From contig NC_073401.1 of the NCBI RefSeq assembly GCF_028641065.1, positions 19,220,001-19,284,000 of the forward strand: DNA of 64,000 nt. Direction: 5' to 3'. A program made the translations under genes and the position numbers. The DNA is from Leucoraja erinacea. Its lineage: Eukaryota. Within the stretch, counting starts at the first letter, position 1; every line of letters starts with the position of its first letter. Shown here one piece after another: positions 51,765 to 63,590 of this stretch. The notes below the pieces were generated by a model. The model worked only from the letters and a program-made list of their open reading frames with translations, searched no databases and was not told the origin of the DNA.

Positions 51765-52437
51765 ACTAACAATCGATGTCAGCCTTCCAAACAGTAGTCC
51801 TTCCAAAGTTGATTTCTTTATACTTACCGAGAATAAATTCCATCTGCAATTTCACTTATTCATCAATGTCAATTATGATGATCCTCCTCAATAACAAAAA
51901 TGCTCCTGATGTTTATGTAATCTGCAAAGATATTAATCATACAGCATATGACCAAAGTGATGGTTGCAACTCCAATCCCTTAAATGTTCACAAAAGCAAC
52001 CATCCATTAGCACCCTACGAACACATTTTGGATCCAATGTGCCATAAGTTGGAATCTTTTGAAACAGCTTTCCATGTGGGAACATCAAAATCCTTGTAAA
52101 CAACATCAGATGTCTCCATCATTGCTTCAAAAATCCTTCAAACTGGTCAAGCAGAATCTCCCACTCACTACGTATGTTGACTATCTGATTAGTCCCTGTA
52201 CCACCAAGTGAATTTCAATCCTGTCCCTCAACGATTTCCAATAATTTCCAGACTAACTGATATTAACGTCAACATACCTGGCTTATTTCTGCTGCACTCT
52301 TTGAACCTTTCCCCACACACCATAAAACTATGCTCTGGGAAAGAGACTATGACCATTCAACGTTTGTGTATCCAACCGTGTACTTTTCAGAATCTTTTTC
52401 GCCCCTTTGGAAACTGTAATTTTTTTCCCCCCCTCAG

Positions 52438-52581
52438 AATTGTACGTTTTCCTTGGCAACTCAATCAAGTGAAAGTAAGGCGTATTATTGCTGAAGCAGT
52501 GAGCGTGTGGAGTGATGTAACTCCCTTAACATTCACAGAGGTACAGGATGGAAGTGCTGACATCATCATTGAGTTTACAAG
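52438..52581 (+). CDS. MMP11: MMP11 exon 3
   Basis: IVRFPWQLNQVKVRRIIAEAVSVWSDVTPLTFTEVQDGSADIIIEFT(R); RFPWQL is diagnostic of MMP11. Confidence 0.97.
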
Positions 52582-53777
52582 GTAAGCCAGGAGATTCTTC
52601 TTATCGAGTCCACACACAAGATTAGAAGTTGTTCAGCCAGAGCTGGACACACTTCCCGGCATCTGCACACAATGGTGTCTGTCTTGCGCTTCTTGTGCGT
52701 GGTGGCGGAAAGATTGGTGGAAATAGGGCCGCGACGTGAACGCTCTTTCCTTGACCCCAGTCGGGAGCAAGTTAATTAATGCTCATGATAATTTATATCA
52801 GGCTGATGAAAACCCTTCTGCCAAGTCTTTAGTTTCTATGAGTGATCAGTGGCATGATTCATTCAGAGCTTAGAAGTAAGAAGGGTGCAAGACCTCTGAA
52901 TGGGATTGTATTACAGGTCCCCAATAGCAAGTGGAAGATAGAGGAATAGATATGTAGACAGATTACTGAAATATGTCAAAGCAAAGTCTTGTCTTGGTAT
53001 GGTGAACTGTATCCAAGAGGGTTGCCTAAAGTATGTGGATAGTCCAATTTGAGAAGGGAATATATTGAACCTTGCGTTGGGTGATGAGCCTGGCCCCGAT
53101 TACCGATATTTCAGTGGAACTGCATTTTGGGGAGAAAGATCAAAATTCCAAAGGTTTAACATTATGTTGAACAGGGAGAACCTTGTGGGAAGTGGAGCAA
53201 GGCAAGCTCCAATTAGGCATTAGATTGGGTGGGTATACTGGGAGCAGTTGTTATTGGGTAAGTCCACATATGACATGAAGTCACAAGGGTAACATACAAA
53301 CTCCACACAGACAGCCACTGTGCCACCATTCAAAGCAGTGAGAAGTAGGCTCTTTCTGATAACAAACCTAATTTTCATACATAGACCTTTGAGTATCATT
53401 CACTCATTTCACTCACCTCCTTTCTAGCTCCTTTCTAGTTCTTCTTCCATACTGAAGCAGGAAAATAATCTATTGTGGCATCTTTTCAAACACATCATCT
53501 TATCCTTACTTTGGAAGAGGAGCTGTATTGATTTATATCTCCAGAGCACTGTCAGAAATGTGTGCTGGCCATTCATCCCTTTATACCTGTTTCACCTTAA
53601 ATCCAAACAATGCTAATCTGTGTTTTAACTCCATGTATCTACAATGGGGATATTCTGTTTAATGGCCTCATTGAATCACAGTACTGCAGTCTCTGTGCTT
53701 TCCCCATTTTAGTGTTGGAAAATTGTTTCTCTGCATCCCAAATGAATAACACCAGGTTCTCCCTCTTCACATTGCAG

Positions 53778-53911
53778 GTACTGGCATGGAGATCACCTGC
53801 CGTTTGATGGCCCTGGTGGGGTCCTGGCCCATGCCTTCTACCCTCAAACTCCTCAGGCAGGAGAAATTCACTTTGACTATGAGGAACTGTGGACCACTGA
53901 CAGTGACAAGG
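53778..53911 (+). CDS. MMP11: MMP11 exon 4
   Basis: [44 protein letters not shown](G); structural Zn/Ca motifs. Confidence 0.97.
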
Positions 53912-54559
53912 GTAGGCAAAATCAAAAAGCATCGCAATGCATCCAGATCTACACAAAGATCTGTGGTGGGAGTTCCAGTCTGCCCAGGGTAGCAGAGGTA
54001 GGTTGCGGGTTCTTCCCCCTCCTGTAGCCGCCTGATGCAACCAAGCCTTGGCTTGGCTGCTCTTGCTTCAGCAGAAAAACAGCCCACGCTGACATCTGCT
54101 TCAACTTAAGGCATAGCCTTAACTTAAGGCATAGCCTCTCTTGCAGTGGGCTCATAATGTGAGGATATTTGTAGAAGAGATTCACCAACATGCTACTTGG
54201 GATTGAGTGTTTCGATTATTCTTTAGACCAAATTTACAACATCTGATCATCCATTGTTCCCTTACCTTGCCGTCCTTATCCTTGTTCTTCCCCTTTACTG
54301 GAATATGCTGGTCCTGAACTTTGATGAGCTGGCCTTTAAATGTCAGATGTGGACTTGCACAATAACAACAGCTTCCAATTTACTCTCCCTATCTCCTGCC
54401 GAAAAACATTGCAATCGGCCTTTCTCCAAATTAGTACGTTCCTACGAAATCCAGATTTATCTATTCAAAACAATCTGAGAATGTATGCAGTTGTGATCAT
54501 TATATGTGAGGGCTGTTCTAGAGTCTGACAATGGGGAAGATGCTGTTCTTCTATCTCGT

Positions 54560-55170
54560 GGTATCTAGATTTTGTATTTTCTGCCTAATGGGTCAGGGGA
54601 GAAGAAAAAATGATGGGTGTGTGAGCAGCCTTGATTATGTCGGCTGCTTTCCTGAGGCAGTGTGAAGTATTGATGGAGTCAATGGGGAGGAGGCTTGTTT
54701 GTGTGATGTCTTGCAGTCGTGGCAAAGTAATTGCCGTACTATTACCAATTTCTACTGTTGCACCAAAGAAAACAAGGAAGCATCCTACCCAGATACATCT
54801 GAAAGCTTTCTCGCTTTCTGTGGTGCAACAGTAGAAATTGGCTAAAGTAATTGGATACATGCCATATTTCCTTAGCCTTCTAATGATGTTGGTGCATTTT
54901 CTTGACCATAGCATCAATGTGGTTGAACCAGGACAAATTGTTGATAATTACAACTAGAAACTTGAAGGTCTTGACCATCTCCACTCCTGCATCATTTGTA
55001 CAAACTGGGGCTATCTCTTCCTGCTACCCTCTTCCTGATATCAATGACCATCACCTTTGTTTCGATGACATTGTGGGAGAGGCTGTGGTATTGACACCAT
55101 GCTGTTAAGCTCTCTCTCTCCTTCTTGTACTTCATCTCATCATTATTTGAAATCTAGCTGACTTATTTCT
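54560..55170 (-). mobile_element. old Rex/Babar-like LINE fragment
   Basis: Degenerate LRRLRKYG...LANFY...LPIDSINTSHCLRKAADII. Confidence 0.6.
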
Positions 55171-55990
55171 GATAGGCAGAATGCAGGGAGGCTTTCCTTG
55201 GAATGGTGGGGTCAAATGCAAAGCCAAATTATTTGGTGATGCAGAAAAAGACATCCACGAGTGAAATATACAATAAGAAACATAAAATGCGGGAGTCACT
55301 CAGTGGGTCAGCAGCATCTCTGGAGAACATGGTTAGGTGATGTTTCAGGTCGGGACCCTTCTTCAGACTGATTGGAAGGGGAACAGAGAGGTGGGACAAA
55401 ACAAATCCTGACGAGTGATATGTGGATATAGAAGTGGGGGGGGGGGGGGGGGGGGGGGGGTTGATAGGCAGATGATTGAACAAAGGCCAGAAATTTTTTT
55501 TAAAAGGCAATAGGTGTGAGATGGCGCCAGAAGAGTTCGGAATTGTGAAGCCAGAGGAAGGCATATATGTGCAAGTGGAGGGGGAAGGGGGGAAATTAAT
55601 GTAATTCTATGTGGGGACGGGGAAGAGTGGGGGGGGGGGCGTGGGTATGTTGTTTGCAAGTTAGTTATCTAAAATTGGAAAATACAATGTTCATACCATA
55701 AGCAGAATATGAGAGAGAAAAATGTATTCATTCAGCTGAGTCCGTAGAATTTTCTACTGCAGAATGTGGTGGATGCCAAGTCGCTGAATATTTAGGGGGA
55801 GGATATAAATTGCTATATGTCTTATGGTATACGAGGAGGCAACGGGTGTGCAAAGCGACAATTGGGTAAAGGTATTGCTCTTGGATAAGCTGGGGACTTG
55901 AGACGAGGAGGGCTGGATAGTGCTGTAAACATCACTGTACATATCCTAATGTGACCAGACCTGACACTCTTACCTCTGTTCTATGGACAG

Positions 55991-56232
55991 GTATTGATCT
56001 CCTGCATGTAGCAGCTCACGAGTTTGGCCATGTCCTCGGTCTGCAGCACTCACAAGACTCAAAATCTTTGATGGCGCCTTTCTACACTTTCCGTTACCCA
56101 TTAAGGTTGGCAGAGGACGACAAGCAAGGGATACAGTACTTGTACGGCCGGTCTCACCACACAGGAGTCAATTTCTTCAATCCGGACATTGAAATCAATG
56201 AGTTGCCTAGTCTTCACCCTCTGGGAAAAGAG
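55991..56232 (+). CDS. MMP11: MMP11 exon 5 (catalytic Zn site, Met-turn, hinge)
   Basis: [52 protein letters not shown]...; HExxHxxGxxH motif. Confidence 0.97.
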
Positions 56233-57204
56233 GTACAGTGGGACAAGCCTTACATCACCCAAGACTTTTCTCTTCCCCACCATTCATTTAGGTTGTCCTT
56301 TACTGACCCCATTACTTACTCTTGCTTCCCCACCAGCTCCACCAAAAAGCTCTATTGAACTCAGTTTTCAATTAGCTCCCAGTAACCACAGCTCTTGTGG
56401 TAGCTCCACATTTCTACCAGGGGTTGTGTGAAAAATGTGCTTCTCAATTTGACTTTGTCTGTCAGGCGGAGCCACATGTTGCTTAAATTACTCCAGTAAT
56501 AATCCAATGGTACGAGATCAACTTCTATTATTACAGTGAGATAATTTCAATTAATTAATCCAGTTTAACAAAAAAATGGAGCCAGTTATAGGGATCAAGA
56601 AGCTATTGCATTATAGTCAAGCATTTAACCTATGTGAACCTGGACCACTTTCACACATGTATGCAAGCTCCCACACACTATGCAGTTGTATCAAAACACT
56701 TGAGTGAAACCAATGGGACTAACCATGTCAACCAGGCACTAAATACTGACATCAATTTGCTCTGAGTCCAGTCAACCTTCCAAACAGCTCTGTACAGATG
56801 TCTGGGCTTGATGTCTACATTGGGAGGGCAGTGCAATAGGCGAATCAAGCAAGTTAGAATAGTCACCATCTCAGAATTATGCCTGCAGACCACTCATCGG
56901 TCCCCACCATCACAGTCCCTGACTGCATCATATTGCAAAGCTGGACACCACGGAAATAAGTTGGAGTTGCCCTGATTCCAGATTTCTTGAGATATCATTG
57001 CATCAGGTCAAATGTGGGCAGTGAAATCTCCAACTCCTCAAGATGATGAATCTAAGCTTGACCTTGTTGAACAATACTCAGGAGCAGTCAGGTCTCTGGG
57101 CGGGGAATTGATGTGAATCATCATGTTTCAGACCAGCAGGACCTCTGAATTTGGGGAAGGTCGTGAGTAAAACCTATTGATGTGATAGCTTTAGATAGGA
57201 ACTT

Positions 57205-57473
57205 AAGAATAAGGGGTAGGCCATTTCGGACTTTTTCACCCAGAGAGTTGTGGATCTGTGGAATTCTCTGCCACATAAGGCAGTGGAGGCCAATTCACTA
57301 GATGGTTTCAACAGAGAGTTAGATATGGCTCTTTGGGCTAATGGAATCAAGGGATATGGGGAGAAAGCAGGAATGGGGTACTGATTTTGGATGATCAGCC
57401 ATGGTCATATTGAATGACGGTGCTGGCTTGAAGGGCCAAAAGGCCTACTCCTGCACCTATTGTCTATTGTCTA
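57205..57473 (+). mobile_element. CR1 3' end
   Basis: FFTQRVVDLWNSLP-type end plus a (TTGTCTA)n tail. Confidence 0.85.
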
Positions 57474-58326
57474 CAAGGATATCTGGCAGAGGGAGAATTT
57501 TAAGATAGGGCGAGTCCAGGACTAGTATGTTCCATACTAGCGAAGAGCTGCAAGATTAGGGAAACCTGGTTGCTGAGGAATATTGAGGGTCTGGTCAGGA
57601 AAAAAACAGAAGCTTTATGTCAGCCAGACATAAGCAAATTCCTTGAGGAGTGTAAGAAATGCAGAAGTACAGTTAGGAAAATCGGTAGTGCTGAAATGTC
57701 AGTGGGCGAGCTCTTTAGGAGCAGTGACCACAGTTCTATTAGCTTTAAAATAGTTATGAATGAGGAAGGGTCAGGTCCACAAGTTCTAAATTGCATCAAG
57801 GCCAACATTGATTTTATCACACAGGTACTTGCACAAGTTGATTGGAGTAGGGATGTCCCAAAAGTGAATGCTTTTAAAAATGTGAGAGTTCAAGGTATGC
57901 GTTTTCCTGTAGGAATGGAGGACAAGTCGGGTAGAAGTAAGGAACCCTGGATGATGAGGCTTTTCAAGGTTCTGGTCAGAGACAAGAAAGAGGCTTGGGT
58001 CAAGTATTGGCAGCTGGGATCAAGAGTATCCCTGGAGGTAAGAGGGTGATTGGGGAGCATAAGAAGGAAACCAGGGTGGCATAAAGGAAGCCTGAGATAA
58101 CTCTGGCAAATGAGATTAAAGAGAATCCAAATATATTTTTTAGGTACATTCAGAAAAAAGGGGTAACTAGAGAGAAACCAGAAACCAATGTAACCATCTA
58201 TGTGTGGAGTTGCAGGCCAGAGGCAAAGTGCTCGATCAATAATTCTCTTCTGTTTTTACCACTGAGGAAGAATTTGGGTAAATTAATGGCGATACCTTGA
58301 GTCTATTGCAATCGAGGAGATGCTGA

Positions 58327-58451
58327 ATATAACCATATAACAATTATAACCATATAACAATTACAGCACGGAAACAGGCCCTCTCGACCCTTCTAGTCCG
58401 TGCCGAACACGTATTCTCCCCTAGTCCCATATACCTGCTCTCAGACCATAA
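58327..58451 (-). mobile_element. young CR1 3' end with (TTATATGG)n tail
   Basis: Reverse complement of the 3' end of 28259-28757; aatataaccat occurs on both flanks. Confidence 0.8.
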
Positions 58452-58516
58452 ATATAACCATCAGCCATGATCATATTTCCCAAGAGACATATGAAGCAAG
58501 ATAAATCTCCTGGGGA

Positions 58517-58548
58517 TGTGTGTGTGTGTGTGTGTATGTGTGAGAGAG
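58517..58548. repeat. (TG)n/(GA)n microsatellite
   Basis: Seen directly. Confidence 0.9.
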
Positions 58549-59785
58549 ACAGAGCGCCTGTTTGCACTAAATTGATTGATGAGATCAGGGGATCACCCTC
58601 TAATGAGGCATTGAGTAGACTGTCTAGCTAGAGTTTAGAAAAACAAATATTGATTTAATTAACGTAAAAATGTTTAAGGTACTTCATTGATGCTGGGGGG
58701 CTGCTTTCCCTCGAGGGGGAGTCTGGACCCAAGGAGTGTAGTGTAACTGAGAAAGGCTCAATCATTTATGACTATGACTTGGTAAGTCAAACCAGGGCAG
58801 GACCTTCACAGAGAATGGTAGAGTCCTGAGGTTCTCCACACAGAGGGTGCTGGGTATGTGGAATGAGCTGCGAGAGGAAGTAAGTAGTTGAGGATAATAG
58901 TATAAAATTATTTAAAAGCCAATTGGACAGTTGCATGGATTGGAAAGGTTTAGGGGAATATTGACCAGATGCAGGTACAGTAAATGGGTCTGGCTTAGAT
59001 GGAGCAACTTGGTAGGCATGGATGATTTGGGCTGAAAGTCTTGTTTCCATGCTGTATGACTATATTGACCAGGATTGCAGTTCCAATTTGCAAGCTATGC
59101 CGGAGTGTGAAGGCACTTGATGTATCAGCCAGATGCTGAGTATAACTTGCATGTGATGCTCCCTGTGATGGAAGAGCCTGGTATCTTTTACAGTTTCAAT
59201 TATATCTTTGTGACCCAGCAGATTGGCCATATTCCTACTTGCTAACTGGTAAGGATGCCACATCTCTTGTTCCCCTCCCGAATTTGGTAATACAGAAACC
59301 ACTGAATTCAGTGTGGTGAAGATCTCCCACCTGCTTTCAGATCAAAAATCCAGAATACTGACCAGGTGAGGTTATGAATTTAGCAAGTACAGTCAAAGAA
59401 GTACAGTCAAGGCACTGCAGTGTTTGGTGTTACGTTGATGATACACTGTGGTGATGATGATGATGGAGTGAAGTAGAATGTTCAACCTTATTGGAAAGAT
59501 AACAAACAAACTGCTGAGCTAGATACTTCTTGGGAAGTCTGAATATCACCCAGCCCAACCAAAGATGCGCTGTTCTAATTCAGTAGCCATTTCATGAGGT
59601 AACCGTGCTGATGAAGGTGGATTTGAACTGGTGTTGTTGATTTTCCCCTGGTCATTGCTTTGAATGTGTTGATGTGGTGTGTTTATCATTGTGACTCTGG
59701 CTGGAGACAAGACGGCCAGAGTCCTAATGAAGTTCCTGGGTCTTGTGATGATTATTGACTGATTATTTTACCTCTTTCATTGTAG

Positions 59786-59990
59786 CCAGCTGCATGTGAG
59801 ACAGACTTTGATGCAGTCTCAATGATCCGTGGGGAGCTCTTCTTTTTTAAATCCAAATATGTGTGGAGATTGAGAAATCGACAGCTTCAGCCCGGCTACC
59901 CAGCGCTGGCCTCCCAGCATTGGTGGGAATTCCCTGACCATATCAACGCAGGGTTCGAGGATGCCAATGGCAATTTCTGGATCTTTCAAG
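59786..59990 (+). CDS. MMP11: MMP11 exon 6 (hemopexin domain)
   Basis: PAACETDFDAVSMIRGELFFFKSKYVWRLRNRQLQPGYPALASQHW...FWIFQ(G); the donor AAG|gttcaa is weak. Confidence 0.95.
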
Positions 59991-61932
59991 GTTCAATATC
60001 CTTTGTTTTTTTTACGTCTTCTATTCTAACCCTTCAATTGACTGCACCAGACCAGCTGTTGGAAAAGAAAGTGGGGTAACTATTACTTTTAAATGATTGT
60101 GTTCCACCACTGATTAGCAACGGACAGAGAGCCGGTGCTAAACAAATGAGTTTGTGGTGGAGGGCATGGAAAGCGGAACAAAATGAGGGAAAACACAGAA
60201 TGTAGAAACAAAGAACTGCGGATGCTGGTTTATACCCGAGATAGACACAAAGTGTTTGAGTAACACGGGTCAGGCAGCATCTCTGAAGAAAAAGGATAGA
60301 TGATTCGGATCGCGACCCTTCTTTAGGCTGAAAGTAGGGGGTGGAGGGAGTGAGGAGCTGGAGGCGAGAAAAGACCTGGACCAATCAAGATCGGCCACAA
60401 ATGACCAGGCAGGATAGTGCCCTGGTAGGTCCATGGTCCATACAGATGGGGGCGGCCATTCTGGACAGAACTGTGATGAGGTTTTGGTACCCAAAGGGTG
60501 ATGAGACTTTGGACCTTAACCAAATAGGGCTGCAGAGCTTTTGTTGCTGCGTATATCAAGCAGAAAATCAACAGTTTTAGTAGTTAGAACAGGAAAGTGC
60601 AGTTAAGGATCACCCATAGTGGGTCATAACAACATTTAAAAGACATTTGGGCAAGTACATGAATAGGAAAGGTTTAGAGGAAAATAGGCCAAACACAGGC
60701 AGGTGATGTAGATGGGGCACCCTGATCATCATGGGCAAACTGAGCTGAAGTGCTTGTTTTTGTGCTGTATGACTAGGATTCTAATCTGTTTGAACTACAG
60801 AGCAGGCACATGGAGCTGAAAGTCCTACTTTGCTTCAACCTGTATCCTGTCCCCCATTGTCCAGTCCCTACCCACTTACATGTGGAACATCTACCCGCTC
60901 TTCACCATTTCAATAACTTCCAATTCCTTGGGCCCATTGTCTCAATGTTTACCATTGGCATCCTGTCCTTTTAATAGACAATAGACAAAAGGTGCAGAAG
61001 TAGGCCATACGGCACTTCATGCCAGCACCGCCATTCAACGTGATCATGGCTGATCATCCACAATCTCCATCTTTATCTGGTAGGCCTCAGAGCCTTCTAT
61101 TTCATCCTTGAACAGAGGCCTAATCAGTTCCCCTCTACCAACACTCTCCTCTGTCTGGCAGAACCTGCCTGCACCCTGAAAGATGTACTTTTTGAATCTG
61201 GCTTTCACATGGGGCCAGTTACCCTCTTAATTATGACTCGGATCAGGACAGCACAAAAAGAAAATCTCGTAGAGCAATGGGGAGTTTTTCCAACAAGTTG
61301 GTTTATTCACAGCCTCAACAGTATATACTGGGAAGCATTCAGTGGATCCAGAGTGCTTGATTGATTCACAACACAGGCATTTCATATCTATCGCAATACA
61401 ATGGTCACATGCAGATTTAATTCACCAGCATTTCACATTTGTTTGTAGTCTTTGATTCTTGTTTTATCTCTTCTTGGGGTTGCCTCTAGCTAAGTGACAG
61501 CTCGGACTTTTCTTCTTGTTTCGAAAACCATTCCATTTGTCCTGCAAATGGATGTCATTAAGTGACTCTTCTAATAATCATTTTTTTTGCCCTCAGCCTG
61601 GTTTACAACATCCAATGTTTATCTTTGCTCCATCTGCTATGCCTTGCAGTCTAAACATTTCCTAAATATATTTAATGTCTCTCCAAACATAACCTTAAAG
61701 TTACCTTGATTCTAGTACCCAGTAGAAGTCAAGTGTATAGATTTATACAAATATTATGAGATTCAAGAGGTTCCAAGCAAACATCTGGTCTTTAACTTTT
61801 TCCCGTTTTAAGCTGGGAAGGCTTTAACCCTGTCACCAAAGGTAAAAGTCAGTCTCCCTATAGACTCTATTTGCTTGTAATGTGCAGTATTCTTAACAAT
61901 TTTACATAATTGCTCATTCTTTTCTCTTCCAG

Positions 61933-62190
61933 GCTCCAATTACTGGATCTATGATGGAGAAAAGAGAGTACTGGGCCCCAGGTTGATCTCCGACTTGGGA
62001 CTTCCTGTGAGAGGTGTGCAGGCTGCTCTGATGTGGGGTGAAGAGCAGAATAAGATCTATCTCTTTGAAGGCAATTATTATTGGAAACTCAATGTCAACA
62101 CAAATTCTGTGGAGAGTATTTACCCACACAGTACCAGTGATTGGCAAGGTCTTCCTCCCAGCATTGATGGGGCATTCCAGGATAAGCACG
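61933..62190 (+). CDS. MMP11: MMP11 exon 7
   Basis: SNYWIYDGEKRVLGPRLISDLGLPVRGVQAALMWGEEQNKIYLF...DWQGLPPSIDGAFQDKH(G)|gtgagt. Confidence 0.96.
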
Positions 62191-63444
62191 GTGAGTTTTC
62201 TCCAGGGGTGAAGCTGGAATTCTTCTGGGAAGCTTTTGGCGCTGGAGGGTGCGACCGTGAGGATAAATTCTTTAATGTGATTCTTATTTGCCTTCTCTTA
62301 GGAGCTGGCTCATAAAGGATTTCTAACAGAGTTTAAGAATATAAGAAATAGGAGCAGGAGTGGCCCTTGGGCACTTTAACCTGCACCATCATTCAACAAC
62401 TACTACTGATCACCCACTGCCATTTTCATCATTATCCTCAGTTCCCATGATTCCCTTAATATCCAGAAATCTATCAATTTGTTTTTTATTGAAGACCTTG
62501 ACTGAGGTTCCACAGCCTTCGTTGTTCAAGGTTCACCACCCTGTGAATGAAGAAATGTCTCCTCAACTCGCTCGTCAATGGCTCAATCCAAATTCTCAGA
62601 CTGTGTCCACATTTCGAATAGGCATAGTCATACAGCTTTGAAACAGGCCCTTCAGCCCAACATGCCCCATTCTGCACCATCTGCCCGCATATGGCCCATT
62701 TCCCTCTAAGCCCATTTTCTATCCAGTCAGCTATCTCTCCTTGGATCTTGAGCAATCTAAACTTCCAGAGCAGCCTACAATGTGGTGACATATAGATATG
62801 CAGGGAATGGAGTTATGTGCAGGCTGATATGGTACTGGTATCATGTTTGGCACAGATATTGTGGCCCAAAGGGCCTGTTCAATGTACTAACCCAATTCTA
62901 CTAACTCTGATGGTACACCAGCTGGTGGAACCTCTTTCCCCAGAGCAGGAAACCCACTCCTTCCTTCATGTCTTGTTCGTTCCCACAAAGGAATTTATTT
63001 TTCACTCTCCTAGGGCAACATAAATGTTTGCACTGTCACCAATGAACACATCAGCAAAATGATTTTAAAAATGGTATTGGTGGGGGGGTCGCAGAAGAGT
63101 GGTGTCTGATGTCTAACACTTGCAGAACTATATCTCACGTGTGTTAAATTCTAAACAGTAGGAAAGCAAAGCAAAGAAAATTGAAACATAGAATTGATGT
63201 TTAAAAGAGCCCCTGATGAAGCAGGAATCACAGTGACAAGGGAGTGGACTGGGTAAACTGTGCTGAACTGAGTAACAGAGAGAAAACAAATGTAGCCTGC
63301 CCTCTGCCATCAGATGAAGAAAGTATTGGGAAATGTTGATCTTGTGATATGCATATTTTTTAAATGAAACCCTAATGCAAATCAGATTAGAGAAACCTTT
63401 AGGGGGTTTTTTTTGTATGCTAACTCTGAGCCCTTTGTTGACAG

Positions 63445-63590
63445 GCTATGCTTACTTTCTTCGAGGAAGGAATTACTGGATGTTTGACGCTGTTCAAGTT
63501 AAGATACAAGAAGACTACCCAAGGCTGATAGGCCAAGACTTTTTTGGATGTCCTGCTTCATTCGGTTATACACGTGGCTCTTCAGTTTGA
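63445..63590 (+). CDS. MMP11: MMP11 exon 8 (terminal)
   Basis: YAYFLRGRNYWMFDAVQVKIQEDYPRLIGQDFFGCPASFGYTRGSSV*. The joined CDS is 1485 nt (494 aa). Confidence 0.96.

Noticed and set aside
54102-54138. 18-bp tandem duplication (aacttaaggcatagcct x2)
   Set aside because: Ordinary slippage duplication in an intron with no sign of function.
57570-58049. 159-aa ORF in MMP11 intron 5
   Set aside because: Degenerate CR1 ORF2 (SDHSSISF, PWM motifs), not a host exon.
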